A program made the position numbers and the translations under genes. This document shows positions 1 through 7,826 of a DNA stretch of 64,000 nt, in pieces (position 1 is the first letter of the stretch; every line of letters starts with the position of its first letter). The stretch covers positions 1,241-65,240 of the forward strand of contig JBASRS010000029.1 of NCBI GenBank assembly GCA_049273945.1, given 5' to 3'. Source of the DNA: Terriglobales bacterium. GTDB taxonomy: Bacteria > Acidobacteriota > Terriglobia > Terriglobales > Acidobacteriaceae. Below the pieces are notes generated by a model, which searched no databases, was not told the origin of the DNA, and saw only the letters and a list, made by a program, of their open reading frames with translations.

Positions 1-174
1 TACGAGAGAGGCATCCTTTCTTTCTCCTTTCAACCAAACTACGATGTCAGCCCGGACGGGCAACGGTTCCTGATGATTAAGGCAAGTGAGCAGGAATCGA
101 TGGCGACACAACTGAATGTTGTGCTCAACTGGTCCGACGAAGTCCGCCAGCTTGCACCAGCGGGAAAACGGTAA
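1..174 (+). CDS. 3' end of a gene entering from the left edge; TolB/WD40-like beta-propeller tail of the kind that ends acidobacterial Ser/Thr kinases
   Basis: Frame 1 is open from nt 1 to TAA 172-174: ...FQPNYDVSPDGQRFLMIKASEQESMATQLNVVLNWSDEVRQLAPAGKR*. It has a YDVSPDG-x-x-F blade motif and an NVVLNW tail. It is absent from the ORF track only because no start codon lies in the window. Confidence 0.5.
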   Translation, partial: YERGILSFSFQPNYDVSPDGQRFLMIKASEQESMATQLNVVLNWSDEVRQLAPAGKR

Positions 175-358
175 CGCTCACCGCACCACCGAAGCTCGAC
201 CACACGAAATCCTCGCGTCGCCCGCCGAACTTGCAGCAGCTCGAAGAGGAGACAAGGAAAGTCGATGTACAAATCCCACTCGCTCAGTCGGCAAGCTGCA
301 GGACCTGGCAGTCTGCGCGCCGTGGAATCCTGTTGTTTTTCTGTCGCGCCGGCGGTTT

Positions 359-600
359 CTAGGCCGCCGCGCTGCTGTGATCTTCTACAGGCACAAAGTC
401 CCGTTGCCCTCGATCCACAGCGAGCAGATATGCGACCATCTTCCGAGCAACCGCAAGAGTCGCCCGATTGACATTCCCTTTTCCCTTCTCTCGTTGGTAG
501 ACCAGGGCCAGCTCATGGTCCTGTCGGGGCGAACTCCGCGTCAAGCATGCAGTGGCAGTTCGCACCGTGCAGGAGGGGCAGGTTGCCGCAACACGAAGAG
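359..600 (-). pseudogene. IS110-family transposase, C-terminal fragment only
   Basis: Minus-strand translation ...LVYQREKGKGNVNRATLAVARKMVAYLLAVDRGQRDFVP* resembles the conserved IS110 C-terminus. No N-terminal catalytic domain is readable upstream. Confidence 0.45.
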
Positions 601-779
601 TCGGCGTAGACCTAAAGTCGAGGAGGTAGCCTGTGATGGCAATCTCCCATCTGCGATTCAGACAATAAGGGCATGGGCTCTGAGTTGCCGATCAAGGGCT
701 TTCGGCTTCTTGGCTTAATTGCCACACCCTTGGGTTATACTCGACGCTGTTCTGAAGGCAGATGGCTGGAGGAAAAAGT

Positions 780-1055
780 ATGTTTCACGTAATCTGGTAC
801 ATTTTTATCGGGCTAATCTCGGGCGTTATCGCGAAATCGGTGATGCACGTGCACATGACGATCTTCTGGACGATCGTCCTCGGCATCATTGGATCGATCG
901 TCGGCGGCGGCGTTACCCACATGTTTTCGCGCCCGACAAATGAAAAATATCATCCCGCCGGCCTCATTTTCTCCACATTGGGCGCGATCCTGGTTCTGTT
1001 CATTTGTTATAAGCTGAAGATTCATTTTCCCGACTTAAACCTCGGGCGGAATTAG
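780..1055 (+). CDS. GlsB/YeaQ/YmgE family (transglycosylase-associated) small stress membrane protein
   Basis: MFHVIWYIFIGLISGVIAKSVM...TIVLGIIGSIVGG... shows glycine-rich TM helices typical of the family. GGAGGA at 768-773 precedes ATG 780, so the ORF-track start at 762 lies upstream of the RBS. Confidence 0.85.
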   Translation: MFHVIWYIFIGLISGVIAKSVMHVHMTIFWTIVLGIIGSIVGGGVTHMFSRPTNEKYHPAGLIFSTLGAILVLFICYKLKIHFPDLNLGRN

Positions 1056-1379
1056 TTGCGACGCCTGTGGAGTACGTCCATCTGTTTCATGGTTTCTTCC
1101 AATCAGTCACGCACTTTAATTCGTCCATAATCTGCCTCAGCCTCTGTTCGCGCCTCGCCTGATCGGTTATTTCCGTTGACTGGGTCGGTCGAGCTGCTTT
1201 GGCGGGATGCCGTAGCTAGAGATCTGTCGAGATGCTGTGCAATGTTGACCAGTTTTGCCGCCACATATCGTCGATCATCGTCATCTGGGGCTCGCCGAAG
1301 TTTCAGACGTGAGCTCCGTACCTTAATGAGGAACTGGTCCAGGTACCAACGACTGTGGAAAGGAAAGAGGTACCCCTGG

Positions 1380-1622
1380 GTGTGGAGATCTTTCCAGCAG
1401 GCAGCTGTGAAGGCCGGCGTCCCGCGGTTCGGAACGCATTCGCTGCGGCACAGCTATCGTTCTCGGCTGGACGCCGCAGGAACTCCGATTGCCGTGCAAC
1501 AGAAGCTCATGCGGCATTCGGACATTCGCACGACGCTCAACATCTATGGGGACGTGGTCACGGACGAGATGGCCGAGGCCAACTCCAAAGTGGCCAAGAT
1601 GGCTCTTTCAAGAGCCAACTGA
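1380..1622 (+). pseudogene. tyrosine recombinase (phage-type integrase), C-terminal catalytic fragment
   Basis: ...FQQAAVKAGVPRFGTHSLRHSYRSRLDAAGTPIAVQQKLMRHSDIRTTLNIYGDVV... carries the HxLRH box and the H...Y box. The upstream part of ORF 1176-1622 is not integrase-like. The fragment ends 40 nt from the 3' end of tRNA-Ser. Confidence 0.6.
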
Positions 1623-1661
1623 TTTCCGAGTGATTTCGTGGTCTGTAACTGATTGAAAATA

Positions 1662-1751
1662 TGGCGGAGAGAGTGGGATTCGAACCCACGTTACCCTTTC
1701 GAGTAAACACGCTTTCCAAGCGTGCGCCTTCAGCCACTCGGCCATCTCTCC
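1662..1751 (-). tRNA. tRNA-Ser (anticodon GGA), CCA encoded
   Basis: The reverse complement gives acceptor GGAGAGA/TCTCTCC followed by G-CCA. The anticodon stem is CACGC/GCGTG with loop TT-GGA-AA. It has a long variable arm and T-arm GTGGGTTCGAATCCCAC. Confidence 0.9.
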
Positions 1752-1835
1752 GGTGCCGTACGAAGCTGCCGTTGTGATTTTAGCAGCTAGCCCGCGCCGC
1801 CTACGGCAGGCACCGCACTCCGCTCTGAGTCTTGA

Positions 1836-1887
1836 AAACTGGCAACTGGCTACCGGCAACTGAGAACTGGGAACCGAGAACTGAGAA
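1836..1887. repeat. heptanucleotide array (AAACTGG CAACTGG CTACCGG CAACTGA GAACTGG GAACCGA GAACTGA GAAC) abutting the bfr stop codon
   Basis: Strict period 7 read directly from the sequence. It ends at CTA 1888-1890, which is the TAG of bfr. Nt 1858-1884 are identical to 26842-26868. Confidence 0.85.
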
Positions 1888-2361
1888 CTACTCTTCGCCA
1901 AGTTGCTGCGCCAGATAATTCTCGTACGTCATCTCTTCGATGGCGTGCAGCTGCCCTTCCAGGTAGTCGATGTGGTGTTCTTCATCCACCAGGATCTTCT
2001 CCAGCAGCTCGCGCGAACCGTTGTCGCCGACCGCGACGCACGCTTTGATCCCGTCGTTCAGCCGCTTCACCGCGGTGTACTCCAGCTGCAGGTCGTTCTC
2101 CAGCTGCTGCTTGAGGGTTTGCCCGATGTTGATCTTGAAATAGTCGCTCATGTTGGGAGCTCCATCGAGCAGCAGGATGCGCTCCATCAGAATTTCCGCG
2201 TGCTGCATCTCTTCGATGGATTCCTTGCGAGTGTGCTTGGCCATTTTTTGGTAGCCCCAGTTCTCGCACATCTCCCCGTGCAAGAAATACTGGTTGATGG
2301 CCGTCAGCTCCGCCTTGAGCACTTCATTCAAGATCGCAATGACTTTTGCGTCGCCTTTCAC
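1888..2361 (-). CDS. bfr: bacterioferritin
   Basis: 157 aa: MKGDAKVIAILNEVLKAELTAINQYFLHGEMCENWGY...EEMQHAE...DEEHHIDYLEGQL. Ferroxidase-centre E/H ligands sit in the expected spacing. Confidence 0.95.
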   Translation of the reverse strand: MKGDAKVIAILNEVLKAELTAINQYFLHGEMCENWGYQKMAKHTRKESIEEMQHAEILMERILLLDGAPNMSDYFKINIGQTLKQQLENDLQLEYTAVKRLNDGIKACVAVGDNGSRELLEKILVDEEHHIDYLEGQLHAIEEMTYENYLAQQLGEE

Positions 2362-2468
2362 GGTTCGCCTCTCGAGGATGGAAAATTAGCGCGCCTGAAC
2401 ACTCTGACGCTCACACGCAGGTGCGGCCTGGAGGATCAGTGGCGAACCGATTGTACTAGAAGAAGGAA

Positions 2469-3257
2469 TCAGGAATTGGATCCGGAAGCGGCGGCGGAGG
2501 CAGCCTCGGTCGCGCTTCCATTGGTTGGCTCGGCCGGTTTGGGCGGGGCCTCGCTATGCACCACGCGGTGATTCAGGCAATAGAGCGCCAGCTCCAACCG
2601 GTCCGCGACCCCCAGCTTGTCGTACACCTTGCGCAGATAATTCTTGACGACCTGCTCGGTCGTTCCCACGCGCAAAGCAATTTCTTTGTTCTTCATGCCT
2701 TGAGTGACGCAGGAAACGATCAGCGACTCCTTGGGCGTGAGCTGGACTTTGGGACGCGATCCTGCGGGGCGGAGACCCTGAGTACGAAATGCGTCCAACA
2801 CCCAGGCAATCGCCCGGCTTTCCAGCCACGGCTCACCCTGGGCAACTTTCCGGAGGCAATCCACCAGCATCTCCGGCTCCACTTCCCGAGACACGATGCC
2901 GTGGGCGCCGCGCCGGAACAGTTCCAGCGTCATCTCCTGGTCCGGCTCCTGCAGCACAACCACCAGGCGGCACTTCACGTTTTGCCGTAGCAGATCGGAA
3001 ACCGCATCGGCCGGGCTCGGATTCAGTGCCGCTTCGAAAATCAGAATGTCGGCTGAAAATTTTTGAATGGCGGTGATCGTCTGGGGCATGGTCTCGGCCT
3101 GGCCGACGACCCGGATGTCATCTTCAAGCGCGAAGATCTTGCGCAGCCCCGCGCGAAAAATGGCCTGGCTGTCGGCCACAATGACGCGGACCGTGCCCTT
3201 GCCGTCGTCGGGCGGCAAGACTTCGTTTTGCTCCACGCTTACCGGAGTGCTCCCCAT
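2469..3257 (-). CDS. LuxR/NarL-family regulator with a degenerate (Asp-less) receiver domain
   Basis: The C-terminal HTH reads LTPKESLIVSCVTQGMKNKEIALRVGTTEQVVKNYLRKVYDKLGV. The receiver is VRVIVADSQ...ADILIFEAAL...RLVVVLQ...GAHGIVSRE, so the phospho-acceptor position is Glu and the conserved Lys position is Arg. Confidence 0.85.
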   Translation of the reverse strand: MGSTPVSVEQNEVLPPDDGKGTVRVIVADSQAIFRAGLRKIFALEDDIRVVGQAETMPQTITAIQKFSADILIFEAALNPSPADAVSDLLRQNVKCRLVVVLQEPDQEMTLELFRRGAHGIVSREVEPEMLVDCLRKVAQGEPWLESRAIAWVLDAFRTQGLRPAGSRPKVQLTPKESLIVSCVTQGMKNKEIALRVGTTEQVVKNYLRKVYDKLGVADRLELALYCLNHRVVHSEAPPKPAEPTNGSATEAASAAASGSNS

Positions 3258-3272
3258 CGGTCCCCTTGCTTC

Positions 3273-3629
3273 CTACTTGCGCTCGAACCGGTACTCGTCA
3301 ATGACCACGCCCACGCCGCGCCGTCCACCGTCCTGAAAACTGCGTACCACGCGGCCTCGGCAGTCCACCTGGACATCGGCTTCCGCGCCGACAACGTCGG
3401 CGGGCAGCGAGATCGTGAAATCCACGGCCGAGCCCACCGGCACATCGGCGTCCATGTGGAACAGCACGCCGTTCGCAGAGATGTTTTCCGTCTCCACCGT
3501 TTTTCCGCCCGCTCCCGATTTCAATGCGACTGGAAGCTTGATGGGAAAGCGAGGCGCGCCCTGCACATCCGTGTAACCCTTGCGGCTCTTGCTGACTTCA
3601 CCCACGGTTTGTTTGCCTACGTCAGACAC
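3273..3629 (-). CDS. PilZ domain protein
   Basis: 118 aa. APRFPIKLPV (RxxxR-like) and ENISANGVLF (D/NxSxxG) motifs occur in a small beta-barrel-sized protein, 16 nt upstream of the LuxR regulator on the same strand. Confidence 0.65.
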   Translation of the reverse strand: MSDVGKQTVGEVSKSRKGYTDVQGAPRFPIKLPVALKSGAGGKTVETENISANGVLFHMDADVPVGSAVDFTISLPADVVGAEADVQVDCRGRVVRSFQDGGRRGVGVVIDEYRFERK

Positions 3630-3851
3630 GGTTGCGAGAACCTTCCTTCCCTCTGGTGCCGTTACGCCACCCGATCGAGCGCTGTGCCCATTTCAGGGCG
3701 AGATTACACCCCCGCATCTGACTCGCAAAGTTACGGAAGTCATGGAACGGAAGCAGCGAAGTGTCGGTGGTACAGGGACTTAGGGGCGATACGAAAGTGG
3801 CTGTGTTGGCCGTCACAGCGGGTTACTGGCCAGTGCAGTACATTCCCCAGT

Positions 3852-3886
3852 CAAGCATTCAGCGCTCAGCATTCAGCATTCAGTCT
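3852..3886. repeat. heptanucleotide array (CAAGCAT TCAGCGC TCAGCAT TCAGCAT TCAGTCT), left arm of the inverted pair around the four-helix-bundle gene
   Basis: Period 7 read directly. Nt 3854-3883 are complementary to 4312-4341 at 26 of 30 positions by hand alignment. Confidence 0.85.
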
Positions 3887-3926
3887 CTGAGAGGGTTTGG
3901 CATGGCGCTGGATAGGAGGCAGGATA

Positions 3927-4301
3927 ATGAAAGACTTCCGAGACTTGATCGTGTGGCAGAAAGCACACCAACTTACGTTAGCCGGCTATCGGGATACGGC
4001 GCGGTTTCCTAGAGAAGAGATCTACGGTCTGACCAGCCAGATTCGCAGGTGCTCCGCCTCAATAGCAGCAAACATTGCGGAGGGTTGCGGCAAGCGGGGC
4101 AACAATGAGTTCCAGCGCTTCCTGCACATCGCGACCGGATCCGCAAGCGAGCTTGAGTATCACTTCTTGCTCGCAAGGGACCTCGGCTTCCTCGCCGATG
4201 AAGCGTACCGGCACCTCGAGAGTTCGGTCACCGAGGTGAAGAAGATGCTGGCGGGACTCATCAAGAAGATCGAAGCGGACCGATTGAATGCGGAAGACTA
4301 A
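3927..4301 (+). CDS. four-helix-bundle protein (23S rRNA intervening-sequence protein / Avd-like family)
   Basis: MKDFRDLIVWQKAHQLTLAGYRDTARFPREEIYGLTSQIRRCSASIAANIAEGCGKRGNNEFQRFLHIATGSASELEYHFLLARDLGF... is the hallmark pattern of this family. The ORF-track start at 3897 is probably too early. Confidence 0.85.
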   Translation: MKDFRDLIVWQKAHQLTLAGYRDTARFPREEIYGLTSQIRRCSASIAANIAEGCGKRGNNEFQRFLHIATGSASELEYHFLLARDLGFLADEAYRHLESSVTEVKKMLAGLIKKIEADRLNAED

Positions 4302-4311
4302 ATGGCTCGTT

Positions 4312-4339
4312 CTGAATGCTGAGTGCTGACTGCTGACTG
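4312..4339. repeat. heptanucleotide array (CTGAATG CTGAGTG CTGACTG CTGACTG), right arm of the inverted pair; abuts the mrdA stop codon
   Basis: Period 7. It begins 10 nt after the TAA of the four-helix-bundle gene and ends at CTA 4340-4342 (TAG of mrdA). TGA occurs in all three frames (4313, 4320, 4327). Confidence 0.85.
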
Positions 4340-6301
4340 CTACCGTAGTCCCGGCGCCGCCACCGCCAGCGGAACCCTCTTCCGCGAAACATCCATTACA
4401 AACCGGCCACCGTGTAAATGATCTTCACCCTCGTCCCCATCGCCGGCATCCGTCCACAAGCCGCCGATCTCTACTTTCTTTGTCCCCGGCCCAGCCATCT
4501 TGGTAGGCGTCCGCCGCTGCTTGTCTACATACGCCTTGATGACCTGGGTCGCCAGCCGCGCCGCCAGCTTCCCGTGCTCGCCGCCTTCAAACAACACACA
4601 CACGATGATATCCGGATTGCGTCGCGGCGCGAATCCCACGAACCACCCGTTCTGCGCGAAATCTTCGTCGTTCTTATGCTTCGCGCGAAGTGCAAGCGAG
4701 ACGGTTTGCGCCGACCCGGTCTTGCCCGCAATGTCGATGCCGGGCACGTGCGCCGAGGGAGCTGTGCCCTCCGGCAGCACTACCCGCGCCAAGGCATTCG
4801 TGATCAGGTTCCATCCGTTCGAGTCGATGGGAATGTTCTTCACTTCCGTGTAGCGCAGAATCTCGACGTAGCCTTCCGGCAGGCCAGTCGGGTTGACCAC
4901 GTGCGGCACGACCAAGCGTCCGTCCATCGAGACCGCAGCCACCGCGCGCATCAACTGCACCGGCGTGATCGCGACCGCGCCCTGGCCGATGCCCACGGAA
5001 ATCGTTTCCCCGGCAAACCACTTCTGTTTGAAGTTGCGGATCTTCCACTCTTCCGAAGGCATCACGCCGCTCACTTCGTTCGGCAGATCAATCCCGGTCT
5101 TCTGCCCCAACCCCAGAGCGGTCGCGTATTTTGCGATGCGGTCGATGCCGAGTTTTTCCGCCAGCGTATAGAAGAAGACGTCGCAAGACTGATAGATCGC
5201 TTTCTCGATATCGACTGGTCCGTGACCGCTTTTCACCCAGCATCCGAATCGCCGGCCATAAAAAGTGGCGCCGCCATTGCAGTTCACATGGAGCGTCTGG
5301 GCAACGCCTTCCTGCCAGCCCGCGACCGACATGATGACTTTGAACGTCGAACCGGGCGCGAGTTGCGCCTGGATCGCTTTATTCAGCAGCGGCTTATCCG
5401 GATCGTTGATCAGCTTCGACCACTCTTCTTTCGAAATCTTCACCGCGAAGTGATTGGGATTGAACGTCGGCCGGCTCACCATCGCGAGAATTTCCCCAGT
5501 GCGCGGCTCCATGGCTACGATCGCGCCGTTCTTCCCCTCCAGCGCCTGTTCCGCCGCGATCTGCAAATCCAGATCCACCGACAGCTTCAACTGCTTGCCC
5601 GGTTCTGCCGGCGTCTCATCCAGTCGTCCCACCTCGCGGCCACGGCTGTCGACGATCGCGCGCCGCGACCCGTTCTTCCCCATCAAAAGGTTGTTGTATT
5701 GCTTCTCCACGCCGCTCACGCCGACTACGTCTCCGGGGCTGTAGAGCTCGAACTGCGGCTGGTTGAGCATGTCTTCGCTGACTTCGCCCACGTAGCCAAT
5801 CATGTGCGCCATGAACCCGTTGCGCGGATACAAACGACGGTGCGCCATGATGGTGTCGAGTTCCGGCAATTCGTTCTTGTGCGACTCGATGAACGCCAAC
5901 TCGTCGGGTGTGATGTCTTCCTTCAGAAAAATCGGCTGGTAGCGCGGCAAGGAAGCAAAGCGGCGCACGCGTTGGCGCACTTCTTCCGCAGTCAGATGCA
6001 GACCCTGCGCAATCAGGTCCGCGTCCGCGTTCAGGTCGCGCGACGAATCGCGCAACAGCAGCGCCGAGAACGACGGATAGTTGTCAACGATGACGCGCCC
6101 TTCGCGGTCCAGAATCTTTCCGCGCGGGGCAAGAATCGGCACGTTGCGGATGCGGTTCATCTCCGCCAGCAGCGCGTACTTGTCGCTCTGCATGACCTGA
6201 AGGCGCCACAACCCGTAGGCCAGCACCAGGAAAATAGCCAAGATGATGTACTGCACGGCGGTGAGCCGGATGGCGGAGACTTTTTCTTCGCGGCCGAACA
6301 T
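4340..6301 (-). CDS. mrdA: penicillin-binding protein 2 (elongation-specific transpeptidase)
   Basis: N-terminal TM anchor, then the motifs GSTFKV (SxxK), SCD (SxD/N) and KTGSAQ (KTG) in order. Size is about 650 aa. ATG at 6301 is preferred over TTG at 6304. Confidence 0.95.
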   Translation of the reverse strand: MFGREEKVSAIRLTAVQYIILAIFLVLAYGLWRLQVMQSDKYALLAEMNRIRNVPILAPRGKILDREGRVIVDNYPSFSALLLRDSSRDLNADADLIAQGLHLTAEEVRQRVRRFASLPRYQPIFLKEDITPDELAFIESHKNELPELDTIMAHRRLYPRNGFMAHMIGYVGEVSEDMLNQPQFELYSPGDVVGVSGVEKQYNNLLMGKNGSRRAIVDSRGREVGRLDETPAEPGKQLKLSVDLDLQIAAEQALEGKNGAIVAMEPRTGEILAMVSRPTFNPNHFAVKISKEEWSKLINDPDKPLLNKAIQAQLAPGSTFKVIMSVAGWQEGVAQTLHVNCNGGATFYGRRFGCWVKSGHGPVDIEKAIYQSCDVFFYTLAEKLGIDRIAKYATALGLGQKTGIDLPNEVSGVMPSEEWKIRNFKQKWFAGETISVGIGQGAVAITPVQLMRAVAAVSMDGRLVVPHVVNPTGLPEGYVEILRYTEVKNIPIDSNGWNLITNALARVVLPEGTAPSAHVPGIDIAGKTGSAQTVSLALRAKHKNDEDFAQNGWFVGFAPRRNPDIIVCVLFEGGEHGKLAARLATQVIKAYVDKQRRTPTKMAGPGTKKVEIGGLWTDAGDGDEGEDHLHGGRFVMDVSRKRVPLAVAAPGLR

Positions 6302-6550
6302 CAATCCTCAGATCCCAGGCGCGCGCGGCCCTGTGCGGCAGCGAGCGAAACCGATTGTTCCCGGAGGGTTAACTGCATTGTAACGCGGTTCCTGGCCTGC
6401 CCGAAAGATTGCAGCGATAACGAAAGTTTGCCACTCCAATCACTTACAGTCGAAAGTGGCTGCGCCCTCCGGCCATGTCCGAAGGTTGATTGCAACGGGT
6501 ATCCCCGCAAGCAACAATTAAGGCAAGACTCACGTCTTACCTAACGAACG

Positions 6551-7198
6551 ATGCGGATTCGCTCCTTCATCATCGCTTACGCGCTCGTGCTCGCCATCCT
6601 GCTGTTCGCCGACCGCCGTCCCGGTCCAACGCAGCAGAATCGCTATTCGCGCGTGGTCGATCTCACCGGAGCGCAGAACCCGGATCAGGCTGCCAACGCG
6701 CCGTCTGCTTCAACCCGCATCATCGCCCCTGCCGCGCTCATCCCCGGAACCTGGTCGGCCGGCCAGATTCCCGCCGAGCGCCTCATCGCGCCGCTGGTAG
6801 TCATGGATCTGAAGACGGATCAGACCTCGCAGATCACTCTCGACGAAATCGCCGCCTGGGAATCGCGCCACAACGTAGTTCCGCAGGGAGCCATAGTCGC
6901 CATCCGCCGGATCGGCCCCGCGAACGCGATCTCTGCAACCCCGCTTCCCATCACCGCCGAGGCTGCCCAGTTCCTCATGGACGCCCGCTACGTTCTCGGC
7001 TTCGCGATCGAATCATCCGCAGACCTCACCTCGGACCGCGCACTCGCCCGCCAACTCGCTCTCCACGGAAATTACGTGGTGGACGGCGCAACCCGTTTCT
7101 CGGCTCTCCCTGAAACCGGCTCGCTCGTGATCGTAGCCCCCGTCAAGAACAAGAACGCCGCCGAAGCCCCCGTCCGCATCCTCGCCATGGTGCGGTAA
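6551..7198 (+). CDS. cyclase-family (kynurenine-formamidase-like fold) protein, signal/TM N-terminus, metal motif apparently degenerate
   Basis: RVVDLTG..., ITLDEIAAWE...GAIVAIRR, ITAEAAQFL...LGFAIESSADL and APVRILAMV follow the order of cyclase-family blocks. No His occurs in the first ~105 residues, where HxGTHxDxPxH would sit. Confidence 0.5.
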   Translation: MRIRSFIIAYALVLAILLFADRRPGPTQQNRYSRVVDLTGAQNPDQAANAPSASTRIIAPAALIPGTWSAGQIPAERLIAPLVVMDLKTDQTSQITLDEIAAWESRHNVVPQGAIVAIRRIGPANAISATPLPITAEAAQFLMDARYVLGFAIESSADLTSDRALARQLALHGNYVVDGATRFSALPETGSLVIVAPVKNKNAAEAPVRILAMVR

Positions 7199-7295
7199 AG
7201 CCGTCGCCGCCTGTGCCCCGTTGCCGGTCACCGGTGACCATTTTTCCTGCACCGTCTTCTCTGCCGGAATCATCTACCCTCGCGGAGGCGACCCG

Positions 7296-7820
7296 ATGAC
7301 CGATCCGCGCTACCCCATCGGCAAATTTTCTTTCGACGGACCCCTGACCGCAGAACAGAAACAGCAATACCTCAACGATATCGAGCAGACGCCCGCCCGC
7401 CTACGCGCCGCCGTCAGTGGGCTTTCCGATTCGCAGTTGAATACGCCCTACCGTGAAGGCGGTTGGACCGTGCGCCAACTCGCCCATCACGTTCCCGACA
7501 GCCACATGAATGCCTACATCCGCTTCAAGCTCGCCTTGACCGAGGATGACCCGACGATCAGACCTTACATGGAAGACCGCTGGGCCGAATTGCCGGAATC
7601 GAGGCAGGCTCCGATCGAGATCTCGCTCGCCCTGCTGGAGTCGCTGCACCGGCGCTGGATTATGGTTTTGCGAAATATCAAAGAGTCCGATTGGAAGCGC
7701 ACCTTCCGTCATCCTGACCTAGGCCCCATGACTCTGGAGAAAAACCTCGCCCTCTATGCCTGGCACGGACGCCATCACGTAGCGCATGTCACGACCTTGC
7801 GGGAGAAGATGGGATGGTAG
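7296..7820 (+). CDS. DinB/YfiT-family metal-dependent hydrolase (bacillithiol-transferase-like)
   Basis: MTDPRYPIGKFSFDGPLTAEQ...WTVRQLAHHVPDSHMNAYIRFK...LYAWHGRHHVAHV has the His triad spacing typical of YfiT. GGAGG at 7284-7288 precedes ATG 7296. Confidence 0.8.
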   Translation: MTDPRYPIGKFSFDGPLTAEQKQQYLNDIEQTPARLRAAVSGLSDSQLNTPYREGGWTVRQLAHHVPDSHMNAYIRFKLALTEDDPTIRPYMEDRWAELPESRQAPIEISLALLESLHRRWIMVLRNIKESDWKRTFRHPDLGPMTLEKNLALYAWHGRHHVAHVTTLREKMGW

Positions 7821-7826
7821 GAAGGG

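Noticed and set aside
1-1661. A direct repeat of the tRNA-Ser 3' end (att site) that would delimit the putative island.
   Set aside because: No copy of GGGATTCGAACCCAC or the acceptor end was found elsewhere in the window. The island boundary, if any, lies outside it.
1836-1887. Heptad arrays considered as CRISPR arrays or other spacer-repeat systems.
   Set aside because: The units are 7 nt with no spacers, the arrays are 20-55 nt long, and there are no cas genes. They are not CRISPR.
1608-1901. 97-aa minus-strand ORF.
   Set aside because: It runs straight through tRNA-Ser and the heptad array, so it is an artefact.
3927-4301. The four-helix-bundle (Avd-like) gene considered as part of a diversity-generating retroelement.
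   Set aside because: The window contains no reverse transcriptase gene and no template/variable repeat pair with adenine-specific differences.
6301-6510. 69-aa ORF directly upstream of mrdA, overlapping its start, considered as mreD.
   Set aside because: It is not hydrophobic (MreD is a polytopic membrane protein) and the sequence is not protein-like. mrdA appears to stand alone here.
4418-6544. Very long ORFs antisense to real genes (4418-6544 opposite mrdA; also 20049-21698, 24694-25845, 32748-34010, 44002-44886, 45710-46546, 49866-51116, 52276-52986).
   Set aside because: These are typical shadow ORFs of GC-rich DNA. Their translations are Arg/Ala/Gly/His-rich and lack motifs, while the opposite strand encodes clearly recognisable proteins.
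7226-7245. Perfect palindrome GGTCACCGGTGACC followed by ATTTTT after the cyclase-family gene, considered as a terminator.
   Set aside because: As a hairpin it gives only a 5-bp stem with a 4-nt loop. It could equally be a protein-binding palindrome. Too weak to list as a feature.
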